Shown: positions 1 through 10,231 of the stretch, in pieces
Layout: every line of letters starts with the position of its first letter
Position numbering within the stretch: position 1 is the stretch's first letter
Notes under the pieces: generated by a model
What the model was told of the DNA's origin: nothing
Databases searched by the model: none
What the model saw: only the letters and a program-made list of their open reading frames with translations
NCBI GenBank assembly: GCA_938085445.1
Contig: CALKGR010000076.1
Span: forward strand, 25,921 to 89,920
Source of the DNA: an uncultured Rubripirellula sp.
GTDB taxonomy: Bacteria; Planctomycetota; Planctomycetia; Pirellulales; Pirellulaceae
Length of the DNA: 64,000 bases
Reading direction: 5' to 3'
Made by a program: the position numbers and the translations under genes

Positions 1-67
1 CGCTGTGCTTGGTGGTTCATCGTGTCAACCGCATCAATGATCGTGTTTTCCTATTGATCTTTTTGGA

Positions 68-1441
68 ATGAAATTGATGAACTCGCTTCGTTTTCGTTGG
101 GTGCTGTTGACTTTGTTGGCGACAGTGACAAGTGCTTCTGCCAAACAGCCCAATATCATCCTGATTTTTGTTGACGATCTTGGGTATGGGGATCTGGGGT
201 GCTATGGCAACCAGGAGCATGAGACTCCCAACATTGACCGTCTGGCAGCTGAGGGCCAGAGGTGGACCAGCTTCTATGCGTCGGGGGCGACCTGCGTTCC
301 GAGTCGTCGCGGATTGATGACGGGTAGGCACCCATCCTTGATGGGGCGTGTCAATCTGGTTGAGAGTCGAAAGCATTTAATGCCAGCCGTGCTGAAACAG
401 CATGGTTATGCCACGGCGATGCTCGGCAAGTGGCACTTAGCCGGTTACCCCAAGGATTTCACACGCTCGCCGATGCATCCTTTGGAGTGTGGATTTGATC
501 AGCACCTTGGCACGCCCGGTAGTAATGATGTACCTGCACCCAAAGGTAAGAAGCAGACACGGGAGGTATTTGATGCATGCGACAAGTTCACTTTTCAGGT
601 GCCGCTGATCCAGGGACGCAAAGTCATTGAGTTTCCGGCCAATCAGGAGTTGTTTACCGCACGCTACACGAAGCAAGCCGTGAGTTGGATCAAGGAGGAG
701 CGTGAGCAGCCGTTCTTCCTTTACCTGGCGCACAACATGCCGCACGCTCCTGTGTTTGCGTCCGAGAAGTTTCAGGGACGCAGTCGTGGTGGTCGATACG
801 GTGATGTGATTGAAGAGGTCGATTGGTCGGTTGGTCAGGTGATGAAGGCTGTCGAGAACGCAGGTATCGCTGAGCAAACGTTGGTGGTGTTCACCAGTGA
901 CAATGGTCCATGGACAATGTTTGGCCCCCATGGTGGAACAGCTAAGCCACTTCGCGGCGAAAAGGGGACGTCATGGGAGGGCGGGTATCGTGTGCCGGCT
1001 ATTTTTCATTGGCCCGGTAAGATCAAGCCAGCCACCATCGATGGGATGGCTGCGAATCTGGATTTGCACTCAACTTTCATCAGAATCGCGAGCGGGCAGC
1101 AGGCCGGTCCGCAAATTGTCAATCAACTGGGTTACATTTCACACGATTTGACCAACTCGCTTTTCAACGCCGGTGCAACTCCCCGAAAGCAGTGGTACTA
1201 CAACAGTGGTGGTGCCGTTGCCTTCCGGTCGGGGCCTTTCAAAATCCATCTCAGCACCAAGAATCGTTCGTCCAATCCTGATACACGCGCTCGGGAACCT
1301 CTAGTCCAGCACAAGATGCCGCTGTTATTCCACTTGGAAGATGACATCAGTGAATCCGTCGATTTGTCAGCGAACGCTCCGGAAAAAGCACTGCAGTTAC
1401 GAAAAGAGATGGAAGCTTTTCTAGCCACTGCTCCCAATTGA
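68..1441 (+). CDS. Formylglycine-dependent (Cys-type) sulfatase, arylsulfatase-like, secreted
   Basis: N-terminal signal peptide; PNIILIFVDDLGYGD metal-binding start; CVPSR (CxPxR) motif followed by GLMTG; GKWHL; FTSDNG. Confidence 0.93.
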   Translation: MKLMNSLRFRWVLLTLLATVTSASAKQPNIILIFVDDLGYGDLGCYGNQEHETPNIDRLAAEGQRWTSFYASGATCVPSRRGLMTGRHPSLMGRVNLVESRKHLMPAVLKQHGYATAMLGKWHLAGYPKDFTRSPMHPLECGFDQHLGTPGSNDVPAPKGKKQTREVFDACDKFTFQVPLIQGRKVIEFPANQELFTARYTKQAVSWIKEEREQPFFLYLAHNMPHAPVFASEKFQGRSRGGRYGDVIEEVDWSVGQVMKAVENAGIAEQTLVVFTSDNGPWTMFGPHGGTAKPLRGEKGTSWEGGYRVPAIFHWPGKIKPATIDGMAANLDLHSTFIRIASGQQAGPQIVNQLGYISHDLTNSLFNAGATPRKQWYYNSGGAVAFRSGPFKIHLSTKNRSSNPDTRAREPLVQHKMPLLFHLEDDISESVDLSANAPEKALQLRKEMEAFLATAPN

Positions 1442-1451
1442 ATTAAGCGAT

Positions 1452-2396
1452 TCAGGTGTGGTTCCAACGTAGCTTCTTTGCTTTTCCGTTCCATGGATGC
1501 CCGCTATCGGTGGTGTGTGTCGTCAGCAACGCACCTCCTTCGTCTAATCGGATCGACGTCCAGCCTGTGGTCGATGTTTTCGGATCTGCCACGTAGGAAG
1601 TTGCCAATGTGTTGATGATGTGAACGCCACGGTGTTTCGCAAATCCCCGATCGTGAATGTGTCCGTGGATATAGGCTTTGACATGCTTCCGTTGCGTGAT
1701 CATGTTCCAGAGTTTCTGCGAGTCGATCAGGCCGCCAGGGAAGTGGACGGGATCGCCGCCCAGACGCGGGTTATGATGCGTGATAATGATCGCAGCTTTG
1801 TCTGAGTGTTTGTCCAGCGTCTGCGCCAGCCAGTTCATTTGCTCGCTTCCTACGGTTCCCTGTGTCACCATTGTTTCTTTCAAGGAATCGAGCAGGAACA
1901 GATTTGCATAGCGGGTTTTTACAACGGAGACGTGGAGAGATTGAAGCGGTGGATTCGCTTTTCGTTCATCTTTGAGGACTTCATAAAACACCTCGCGATT
2001 GTCATGGTTACCAAGAGTCAGGTGGGTCTCGATCTCAGCTTCTCTGAGTGGTTGAACCAGTCGTGAGAAATGCCGATAGTCTCCTGGCTGTCCATCCTTC
2101 AATGCCAGATCACCATTGATGATGACACATGCAGGCTTTCGTGTCTTCCTGGTCAATTTGTCAACAATGAAACGTAAATTGGACGGCACAGCTGCGTCAG
2201 GTGGATGCTTTTCGCCGATGTGAGTGTCGTTCAAAATCACGACGTGGTTTTCGTCGATGGGCTTTGGTCGGCTTTTCGCGGTGGGTGGACTCTCGACCGC
2301 ACCGGTCGCGATGCTCTTGGAAGCGTTCAGAGCGACCCCGCTTCCCGCGATTTTCAGGAATCGTCGTCGACCCGAATTCGTAAAATGGATAGGCAT
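1452..2396 (-). CDS. Calcineurin-like metallophosphoesterase with Tat signal
   Basis: Motifs DTH, GD, GNHD, HH and GHIH; likely start ATG at 2396 gives MPIHFTNSGRRRFLK (twin-arginine); ORF track start 2492 is probably too long. Confidence 0.85.
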   Translation of the reverse strand: MPIHFTNSGRRRFLKIAGSGVALNASKSIATGAVESPPTAKSRPKPIDENHVVILNDTHIGEKHPPDAAVPSNLRFIVDKLTRKTRKPACVIINGDLALKDGQPGDYRHFSRLVQPLREAEIETHLTLGNHDNREVFYEVLKDERKANPPLQSLHVSVVKTRYANLFLLDSLKETMVTQGTVGSEQMNWLAQTLDKHSDKAAIIITHHNPRLGGDPVHFPGGLIDSQKLWNMITQRKHVKAYIHGHIHDRGFAKHRGVHIINTLATSYVADPKTSTTGWTSIRLDEGGALLTTHTTDSGHPWNGKAKKLRWNHT

Positions 2397-2505
2397 TTGA
2401 TTTCCGTAACTCTTGCGTTTGAGGCGGAAAGTGGAAGTGGGAGATCGCGTTTGAAGGAAGCGAGGGTTTCGTGCACTTGAAACGCAAAACAAGGCGAAAT
2501 TTACG

Positions 2506-3849
2506 TCAGACCCAGGTGGGTTCCCAGTTCTTACGGTAACGCTTTGTAATCCGGTTTTGTGCTTCTGGGTGATTGGTGATCTTCAGGTCCGCAGCATTCC
2601 ACTTCAGTTCTGCACCCGGATAGCGGATCCCGATTGTGCCTAACAGGACCGTTTCTGTCAGTGGTCCTGCGTATTCAAAGTTCGATGTCGTCTTGCCCTT
2701 GCCTACACATGCATCAGCCCATTGCGTGTAATGATTGACACCCTCAACGATTGGTAATTGGTCAGCAGGGAACTTTTCGTCAGGGAAAAGTTTGGGCATC
2801 GCGACGTGGGGAATGACGAGGGAACCTTTTTCGCCTACAAGGACCGAACCAGCGTTGGGTAATTTGTAATCCAAAGGGACATCACCAAGACTTTCGCGGG
2901 GAGGAATCGCTCCCACGGCGTCATACCAGGTCACACGCAGAGTTGGACCTGCTGTGTATTCGGTTCCGGGAAATTCATATTGCACTGTCGAGCGATCAGT
3001 CCACGATTCTGGTTGCAGTTGAGGCGCTCTTGCTGTGAGGCTGGTTGGGGACTGGAGCTTCAGTGACTTAAACACCGGGTCGAGGATATGGCATCCGAAG
3101 TCACCAAGTTGACCTGTTCCGTAAGCTTGCCATCCTCTCCAGTTGAAAGGATGGTACATGCCAATCTTGTAGGGTCTGTCCGCCGCAACGCCCTGCCAAA
3201 GATCCCATCGAACATGAGCAGGCACTGTATCTTTTCCCGGCGGTGTTGGGATATGTCGCGGCCAACTTGGAGTTCCGCCTTGCCATGAATGAACCTCCTG
3301 GACCTTACCGATCAGGCCAGTGTGGACCATGTGAACGGCCGTCCGATAGGCGGAATGTGATTGAATCTGATTACACATTTGGGTGACGGCACCAAACTTT
3401 TTCGCAGCCAATTGCATCTGCCTTGCTTCATGGACCGAATGAGTAAGTGGCTTTTGGCAGAACACATGCTTGCCATCCTGCATGGCTGCCAAAGAAATGG
3501 GAGCATGCATGAAGTCCGGCGTGGAAACCAGAATGCCTTGAATGTCTTTGGCGTTATCAAGAAGTCGACGCCAGTCAGCATGTTGGCGGGCAGACGGGTA
3601 TTGGATCGCCGCACGTCCGAGATGCTTTTCCGAGCTGTCGATATCGCATAAGGCAATGACGTCGACGTCGGAACTGGCAGCGACACCATTCAAGTCGCTC
3701 CAGCCCTTGCCACCAACGCCAACGCTGGCAATGCCCATGCGGCCATTGGCACCGTAAACGCGAGAGTACTGGATGGCATTGAGGCCAATGGCACCACCAC
3801 CCAATGCGGCTGATTTCAGAAATGATCGACGACAGGACTTTTTCGACAT
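2506..3849 (-). CDS. Gfo/Idh/MocA family oxidoreductase, Tat-exported
   Basis: CRRSFLK Tat motif; GVGGKG Rossmann loop; STPDFMH; HVFCQKPL; GQLGDFGCHILD. Confidence 0.92.
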   Translation of the reverse strand: MSKKSCRRSFLKSAALGGGAIGLNAIQYSRVYGANGRMGIASVGVGGKGWSDLNGVAASSDVDVIALCDIDSSEKHLGRAAIQYPSARQHADWRRLLDNAKDIQGILVSTPDFMHAPISLAAMQDGKHVFCQKPLTHSVHEARQMQLAAKKFGAVTQMCNQIQSHSAYRTAVHMVHTGLIGKVQEVHSWQGGTPSWPRHIPTPPGKDTVPAHVRWDLWQGVAADRPYKIGMYHPFNWRGWQAYGTGQLGDFGCHILDPVFKSLKLQSPTSLTARAPQLQPESWTDRSTVQYEFPGTEYTAGPTLRVTWYDAVGAIPPRESLGDVPLDYKLPNAGSVLVGEKGSLVIPHVAMPKLFPDEKFPADQLPIVEGVNHYTQWADACVGKGKTTSNFEYAGPLTETVLLGTIGIRYPGAELKWNAADLKITNHPEAQNRITKRYRKNWEPTWV

Positions 3850-4086
3850 TGTTTCTTACCGGTTCGAGGCTGGCGGGAACAGGAGGCGGTCCGCAACAGG
3901 ACGCAGGTCTGCCTGTGAACGGAGAATGCCATGTTCAGGTGGGATTCGCACACCGTTGTGGCGAATGGTCCATGTTCATCATCGCCCATTGTAATACCTT
4001 ACGCAGCGGGAATGGCGAAGCATGTTCAAAGCGGGTTTTGGAGGAGGCCGATTCCAGCTGTTACCACCCTGTTCGTTAAACCGTCT

Positions 4087-5628
4087 CTACTCAGGGGTTG
4101 AGAAGGTGGGCAGGTTGTCCACCATCCCCGCGTCGGTTCGACGGAGTTCAGCCAAAGTCGCGGCACGCATCTGCCTCAGCTTTTCAAGGTGGGTTGGGTC
4201 GAGAGCAAGATTGTTGAGTTCTTCCGGATCACTTTTTAAGTCATACAGTTCTTCAACTTCGCCTTCGACAAGCGTGCGAATGTACTTGTGGCGACCTTCA
4301 AGTAGCGAAATCCACCAAGGGACTTTCGCTGTTTTGTAGAGCACATCAGGATCAGTGGGGATCACATCGGTTTCGCTGCCATACTTCTCACCGGTAAGGG
4401 CTGTCAGAACCGGATGCGGCCAATCACTGTTGGGATTCTTAAGCAGTGGCGTTAAATCATGGCCATGCATCTTCCATGGTAGATTCAGGTTGGCAAATGA
4501 AAAAAAGGTTGGTGGCAGATCGGTGCCACCCACGGGGCGTGAACAGACTTTGCCTTGCGGGATGTGGCCAGGAAAACTCATGATCAGGGGGCCGCGAATG
4601 TTGGCATCGTAGGGGGCAATTTTCTGTTGGAAACCGTTCTGACCCCATGCAATCCCTTGATCAGCTGCAAATACAATGAGCGTGTTCTTCGCTTGTCCGG
4701 AATCTTCCAGTGCTGTTCGGAGTTGTCCCACTGCATCGTCAATTGCAAGGACTCCCTGGTGGTACTGTCGAACCCAGTTTTGCAAGGTATTACCGTGCAG
4801 CGGTGCATTCACTACTGTTCTTTGTTTGACCCCTGATTCCAGTTCGGCTTGCCCGTTCTTGTCGGGAACCCAACGGTTCCGTTTGCGAACGTATGCGGGT
4901 TTTCCGGCGCGTGATTCTCCAGGGTAAATGTTGACTGGTTCTGGGACTATCGCGTTTGGATAAGCCGTTTGGTGACGTTCCGCGGGTGTGAAGGGCCCAT
5001 GGACAGCACCAAAGCACAGCCAGAGGTACCACGGTTGATCCTTTTGACGATGTTTTCCTCGAATGAAGTCTTCAGCACGGTCGGTATACCAGTCGGTTGT
5101 GTATCCGGACATCCGTTTCACTACCCCATCAATTTCGACAATCTGGTCATCGTAGTAGTGCCCCGCATTCTTGGGATACTTGGGACGACTCCAAACGATC
5201 TGATGGTCCCAATCGCGACCGTAACCACTGTCGATGCCGGTGTGCCATTTGCCAATTTGCGCTGTGGAATAACCGTGCTCGCGAAACACTCGTGGCCAGA
5301 AAGGACATTTCTCAGGATCGTAAACGCTGCCGGGGTATTCACCCTGCATGCGCATGGATTCAACTCCGTATTGATGATGACCCGTCAGCATTGTTGCCCG
5401 TGAAGGCATGCACCAGGTGCCAATGTAGGTGTGCGTAAAACGCACGCCCTGTGCGGCCAAGGCATCAATATTGGGAGTCTTGACCCAGGGATACGCTTCG
5501 GGGTAACAGCTGACGGTCCGGTAAGATTGATCATCAGTAAAGATGAACAGAATGTTGGGGCGTTCGGCAGCAGATGCGAGTTGGCATGCGTAAACAAGCA
5601 GGATGGTGAGAATGCTGATGCGTGCCAT
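4087..5628 (-). CDS. Cys-type sulfatase, secreted
   Basis: Signal peptide; RPNILFIFTDDQ; CMPSR motif; GKWH; ELYDLKSDPEELNNL C-terminal motif. Confidence 0.92.
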   Translation of the reverse strand: MARISILTILLVYACQLASAAERPNILFIFTDDQSYRTVSCYPEAYPWVKTPNIDALAAQGVRFTHTYIGTWCMPSRATMLTGHHQYGVESMRMQGEYPGSVYDPEKCPFWPRVFREHGYSTAQIGKWHTGIDSGYGRDWDHQIVWSRPKYPKNAGHYYDDQIVEIDGVVKRMSGYTTDWYTDRAEDFIRGKHRQKDQPWYLWLCFGAVHGPFTPAERHQTAYPNAIVPEPVNIYPGESRAGKPAYVRKRNRWVPDKNGQAELESGVKQRTVVNAPLHGNTLQNWVRQYHQGVLAIDDAVGQLRTALEDSGQAKNTLIVFAADQGIAWGQNGFQQKIAPYDANIRGPLIMSFPGHIPQGKVCSRPVGGTDLPPTFFSFANLNLPWKMHGHDLTPLLKNPNSDWPHPVLTALTGEKYGSETDVIPTDPDVLYKTAKVPWWISLLEGRHKYIRTLVEGEVEELYDLKSDPEELNNLALDPTHLEKLRQMRAATLAELRRTDAGMVDNLPTFSTPE

Positions 5629-5722
5629 GATGTGTGTCTTGTCCAGAGGAGTTGCGAAGAGATGACGCCGCTATTGGTTTGCAGCTGAGTTTTCAAGATC
5701 GCTGGCCAATACTCTTTGCCAA

Positions 5723-7030
5723 TTAACCAACGACTTCTGTTATGTCGCTGGTGCTGTCACTGAAGCGAGATGCCGGCTTTGTCATCTGGTTGGCGATAGT
5801 CAGAAACAGGTTCGATAGTGGGACGTTGTCCCCATAGTGCAAATGTGAACCGTGTTGGAAACCCATGTTTTTGCCACCACTGAGAATGATAGGGTAGTTG
5901 GTCGCTTGGTGGGTCTTGCTGGTTGCACACCCATAAAAGCAAAGGGTGTTGTCCAATAAACTGCCATTATCTTCCTGAATCGAATCCAGCTTCTTGATGA
6001 ATTTTGCATGCATCTCGTTGAGAAACGTGATGTACTTGGCAACGTCCGCGTAGTTTTTCTTTTCGTGCGACAGCTTGTGTGATGAGTGCGCCAGCCCGAT
6101 CGCAGAGGGAAATCGATCCGTTGGGCCTGCTTCTTCGCATGCGGTTTGAAACGTTGCCACTCGAGTCGAGTCTGTCTGGAAGGCCAATGCCAGAAGGTTG
6201 TACATGACCGTCAGGTATTCCTCGGGGCTGGTTGGGTTGGCATCGAGTTCCAGGTCTTCGCGGGCTACCTCTGGCTTGGGCGTGTTTTGCCAGCGTTTGG
6301 CACGCTCAGTCATTTGTTCTACTTCTCGGACTGAGTTGAGGTACTCATCCATTTTTCGTCGATCATTGGCGCCAAGTCGCTGGTTCAGGTCTTGGGCCTC
6401 ATTGAGTACTTCATCAATGATGCTGCCACGGCTCGCAAGTGCGTTTTGTTCAGATGGCGTGACCTCGCCGAACATGCGACGAAAAATTTCGGCTGGTTTG
6501 TTCTGCGCCGGGATGGGGCGGCCGCTGCGATCAAACGAAAGCGTTGAGGAGCGATAAGGGCGATTGACACCACCCAGTGAAGACATCACCAGAGATTGAA
6601 AACGAGTGTCTTTGCCTAATTCCTGAGCCAAATGTTGATCGATCGAAATGGATTGTTTGTCATAGGTTTTTAGAATGTCAGCTCCCGTCAGAAAGTAATC
6701 TGCACCCTTGTGAGCAGATGTACTGCGCATGGCGGGGTGGGAAAGTCCCGATAAAAACGTGATCTTTTCTCTCAGAGGCATGATGCTCTGATGCATCTTG
6801 GGAGCAACGTACTCTTTGCCCTCCCCCATCGGAAACCAACCATGTTCCATTCGATCAGCGGCATCGTCTGAAGGCATCGGAACACCATATGCAAAATAAC
6901 CCGCAAAGAACCTTTGACGAGGGCGATTCGATTGATCATTCGCCATGCCTTCGAGCCAGGGTAGGCCCAGACATACGCCAGTGGACTTCAACGCCATTCG
7001 TCGATTGAGATGCCAGGATTTGCGTTTCAC
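5723..7030 (-). CDS. DUF1552 domain protein (planctomycete-type)
   Basis: LNRRMALK...LPWLEGM N-terminus; ISIDQHLAQ; P..IFRRMFG; DSTRVAT; GSLLDNT; NLFLTI; directly downstream of a DUF1592 gene, the usual pairing. Confidence 0.88.
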   Translation of the reverse strand: MKRKSWHLNRRMALKSTGVCLGLPWLEGMANDQSNRPRQRFFAGYFAYGVPMPSDDAADRMEHGWFPMGEGKEYVAPKMHQSIMPLREKITFLSGLSHPAMRSTSAHKGADYFLTGADILKTYDKQSISIDQHLAQELGKDTRFQSLVMSSLGGVNRPYRSSTLSFDRSGRPIPAQNKPAEIFRRMFGEVTPSEQNALASRGSIIDEVLNEAQDLNQRLGANDRRKMDEYLNSVREVEQMTERAKRWQNTPKPEVAREDLELDANPTSPEEYLTVMYNLLALAFQTDSTRVATFQTACEEAGPTDRFPSAIGLAHSSHKLSHEKKNYADVAKYITFLNEMHAKFIKKLDSIQEDNGSLLDNTLCFYGCATSKTHQATNYPIILSGGKNMGFQHGSHLHYGDNVPLSNLFLTIANQMTKPASRFSDSTSDITEVVG

Positions 7031-7105
7031 AATTCGCTCGTTAGAGGTGGGTGGGATGGGTGGGGTGGCTTGATGGTGGCATTTGGTGAAGTGATCGAGG
7101 TGACT

Positions 7106-9688
7106 TCACTTGGTGGAAAAAGGTTCAGACACGACGATTTGTTCAATCAACGTCTGGAACCTGTCTCCACTTTCCTGCATTGTTTCGCAAATGGAATCGA
7201 CGGCTGGTCGATCAGCAAACTCAAGATAACGTCCGAGGCCGTATGACATCGCTTTGCGGACCACCGCACGACGAAATTGCGTTCCCTTTTCCGTTAACAG
7301 GTAGTGCTTGAGATCGTTCAGATTGCTGATGTTTGTACCATTGCTGAGCCGTGTTGAGGGATCAATATTGACATTTTGGTGAGGCTGGAGAACCAAAGGA
7401 TCCTTCGAACCTTCCCGCCATTGCCCCAACGCATTGTAGTTTTCGAATGCCACGCCCCAGGGATCAATTTTTCGATGGCAATCGCGGCAACTTGCGGTGT
7501 TTGCGTGAGCGACCAGTCTTTCCTTGAGTGACAGGACGGTCTCGTCTTGGGCCGGTGATTCTGGCAGGTCTGGCACATTCGGTGGGGGTGGCGGTGGTGG
7601 ATCATCGAGTATGCGCTCCAAAACCCAAACACCGCGTTTGATCGGATGAGTTTCAGAACCAGTGGAATTACCAAACAGCATACTTGCCTGGGTCAGAAAG
7701 CCACCGCGATGGTGATTCTTGCTGACGGGTACGACCTGAAATCCGCCACTGATATCCGGGATGCGGTAGTGCCGTGCCAAAGCGGGGTTGAGGACCGCAA
7801 AATCCGAGTCGATGAAGGTCTGGATAGGGAGGTTTTCAGTCACCACATGATGCAGAAACTGGATGGTTTCCTGCTCAAACAGATCTTTGATTCGTTCGTC
7901 GAACTTGAAGTATTCGGGATTCACCGCGAGACGCCGAATGCCTGCCAGATCAAGCCACTGGGCGGCAAAGTTTTCAGAGAAGGCTTCAGATTTCGGATCT
8001 GCCAGCATCCGGCGGGTCTGGGCAATGAGGGTTTCCTTTTGATGCAGTTTTTTCTGCTTTGCCAAATCAAACAGAGTTTCATCAGGCATGGAACTCCAAA
8101 GAAAGTAAGACAGCCGCGAAGCAAGTTCGTAATCGTCGATGCGACGCTTTTCTAGGCCAATGCCTTGCGAGACCTTCGTGGATTCGGGCTCGCTGAGCAG
8201 CAGGAAGTTGGGAGAACAAAGCACTGCTGTTAGCGTCGAGACGATGGTGTGTTCAAACGACGGTTCACGTTCTCTGAGCTTTTGAAATAAAGCCAGTTTG
8301 CGATCAACTTCGGAATCAGTCACCGGACGTCGGTAGGCCCGCTCCATGAACTTGCCAATGACTTCTCCGGCATACACCGTTTCGTCTGACTGATTCTTGG
8401 AATCAAAAAGGATGGCCTGCCGCTGTGAAGATGGCCACGTTTCGAAGTGATTGCAGGTGAGTTCAACCCAGTCAATCTTCAGCTTGGGCAACTCTTCATA
8501 GGAAAGGCGACTGGTGCCTCGGCGATAGTCATTGAAAATGCGAAAGTAGGAAGGGCGGCCGGGTTTGTTGGATTGAAATGGAAAGTTTGCACCCTGGACT
8601 ACAAACTCATAAGTTTTCATCTCGGTTGAACGGACTTCAATGTTTGCTGCTTCTTTTTGGTCCGAGACGTTTGCGCCACGGAAGGATCCCAGTTCAAAGG
8701 AGAGTCGCGGAAATGAATGGTTGGCACCCAGGATTGCTGAGCAACGGATCCGGACCTGCACGGGGGCCTCGTGCGGTACTTCATACAATTCAATTCGGAA
8801 TTCAGGTTGCCATCCAGATCGACCCGCGCCCTTGGATCCACCAATTTTCTTTTCTTCAGCAAACACATTTCCGACCCGGTCGGAGGGACGATTTCCAGCA
8901 AGGATGATGCCATCGCTCGTCGGGGAGCCATGTTCCAGACGAAAAATCCCTGCCTTAACTTTGGTGCCCGGAGAAAAATCAGCCCCATTCTTGAGGTTGA
9001 ATCCAACTGCTTTATTGTTCCTTCTTCCCTTGTCCCCCGGTTTACTTGCGGCAACTGTTTTGAATGCGTTTTCAGGTTCGATACGAACGAAGTAAGGCTT
9101 GGGTTGGTGCTCAGGAACGAGGATGATTCTTTCCAAAGCTGATCTTGCGATTCGTTCGAAGTACTCAATATGAAGTGCTGAAGTTGCTAACACTCCGCTG
9201 TTGTTCTTGAATCCCTCCTTGGCGACTCCTTCGGGGGGCAAATCGGTCGCGTATCGCAGGTCGAGGTCAAGCAGGTCTCGCAGAGTGTTGTTGTATTCGT
9301 AAGCCGTCATGCGGCGAAGAATGTTCCTGCCACCAGTTGAGCGTTTAGCCTCCATGGCTTGACGAAGCTCAGCAGTCAGAGCATCGACCATCGTCTGACG
9401 CTCCTGATTCGAAGGCTGTTTGACTTCCTCCGGAGGCATCTCACTGACATTGGTCAGATCGAGCACTTCCTGCCACATGTCCGTGTCACTGCCATAAATC
9501 ATGTCAGGGTCGAGTTGATCCAATCGCAGGTCAGCTTTCTGTTGATCGGGACCGTGGCATTGAAAGCAGTATTTCGCCAGGTAAGGACGTATCAAAGCTT
9601 GGTACGCATCTTTGTCTGATTCAGCGCTCGCACTGGGCACCAAGGTTGATGCATAGGTGATTGCAATCGCAGTCACTTTGAACAGCAT
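7106..9688 (-). CDS. DUF1587/DUF1595/DUF1592/DUF1588/DUF1585 protein with planctomycete cytochrome c motifs
   Basis: CFQCH near N-terminus; LRRMTAYEYNNTLRDLL; YELASRLSYFLWSSMPD; ENFAAQWL; RGGFLTQAS; HPIKRGVWV; CRDCH..IDPWG; likely start ATG 9688 followed by a signal peptide (ORF track starts at 9781). Confidence 0.9.
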   Translation of the reverse strand: MLFKVTAIAITYASTLVPSASAESDKDAYQALIRPYLAKYCFQCHGPDQQKADLRLDQLDPDMIYGSDTDMWQEVLDLTNVSEMPPEEVKQPSNQERQTMVDALTAELRQAMEAKRSTGGRNILRRMTAYEYNNTLRDLLDLDLRYATDLPPEGVAKEGFKNNSGVLATSALHIEYFERIARSALERIILVPEHQPKPYFVRIEPENAFKTVAASKPGDKGRRNNKAVGFNLKNGADFSPGTKVKAGIFRLEHGSPTSDGIILAGNRPSDRVGNVFAEEKKIGGSKGAGRSGWQPEFRIELYEVPHEAPVQVRIRCSAILGANHSFPRLSFELGSFRGANVSDQKEAANIEVRSTEMKTYEFVVQGANFPFQSNKPGRPSYFRIFNDYRRGTSRLSYEELPKLKIDWVELTCNHFETWPSSQRQAILFDSKNQSDETVYAGEVIGKFMERAYRRPVTDSEVDRKLALFQKLREREPSFEHTIVSTLTAVLCSPNFLLLSEPESTKVSQGIGLEKRRIDDYELASRLSYFLWSSMPDETLFDLAKQKKLHQKETLIAQTRRMLADPKSEAFSENFAAQWLDLAGIRRLAVNPEYFKFDERIKDLFEQETIQFLHHVVTENLPIQTFIDSDFAVLNPALARHYRIPDISGGFQVVPVSKNHHRGGFLTQASMLFGNSTGSETHPIKRGVWVLERILDDPPPPPPPNVPDLPESPAQDETVLSLKERLVAHANTASCRDCHRKIDPWGVAFENYNALGQWREGSKDPLVLQPHQNVNIDPSTRLSNGTNISNLNDLKHYLLTEKGTQFRRAVVRKAMSYGLGRYLEFADRPAVDSICETMQESGDRFQTLIEQIVVSEPFSTK

Positions 9689-10231
9689 GCGATTGAGAGA
9701 ATACTTGGTCGTCACAGCAAACAGATTCTTCTTGTTCAAGACGCGAGGTTTTCCGGTTTGTGTGTTGTGGCTTTTGTTCAAAGGATTTGGGTTTTCGTCG
9801 GCGTGTTGTTGAACCCGGCAAATATTGCCGCTTCCATGCAGGAAACACGAAGGATGCGCCGGCTTGAATGAATGTTCTTCAACGCCACAAATGCACGCTA
9901 TTGGGGGGGCGTTCTGTCCTCGGGATTGGCCTTCATGAGTGATGAATAAAGGACATTCATTGTTGCCGAAAAAATAAACAATTCAGTATCCCGGGCTGCA
10001 TGGTCTGGTAAGGATGCATGCAACTCACGATGCAACTGTTAGCGAAGCGATAAACGCTGATTGTAGATTGGAGTAATTCATGTCAACTGCGTTTCGCTGA
10101 CGCTGTTGTTTTCAACCGACACGTGGCCACAGGAAACTGGAATTGAGCATTATAGCCTCAATTCCATGAATTCACCAGTTTCAGAGAACTCGCCCGTTTT
10201 CATGGTGAGCTTTGTCACCGCTATTTTGAAG

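Noticed and set aside
10018-10037. Direct repeat atgcaact x2 (12-bp period) upstream of the DUF1592 operon as an operator
   Set aside because: Too short to distinguish from chance without conservation data.
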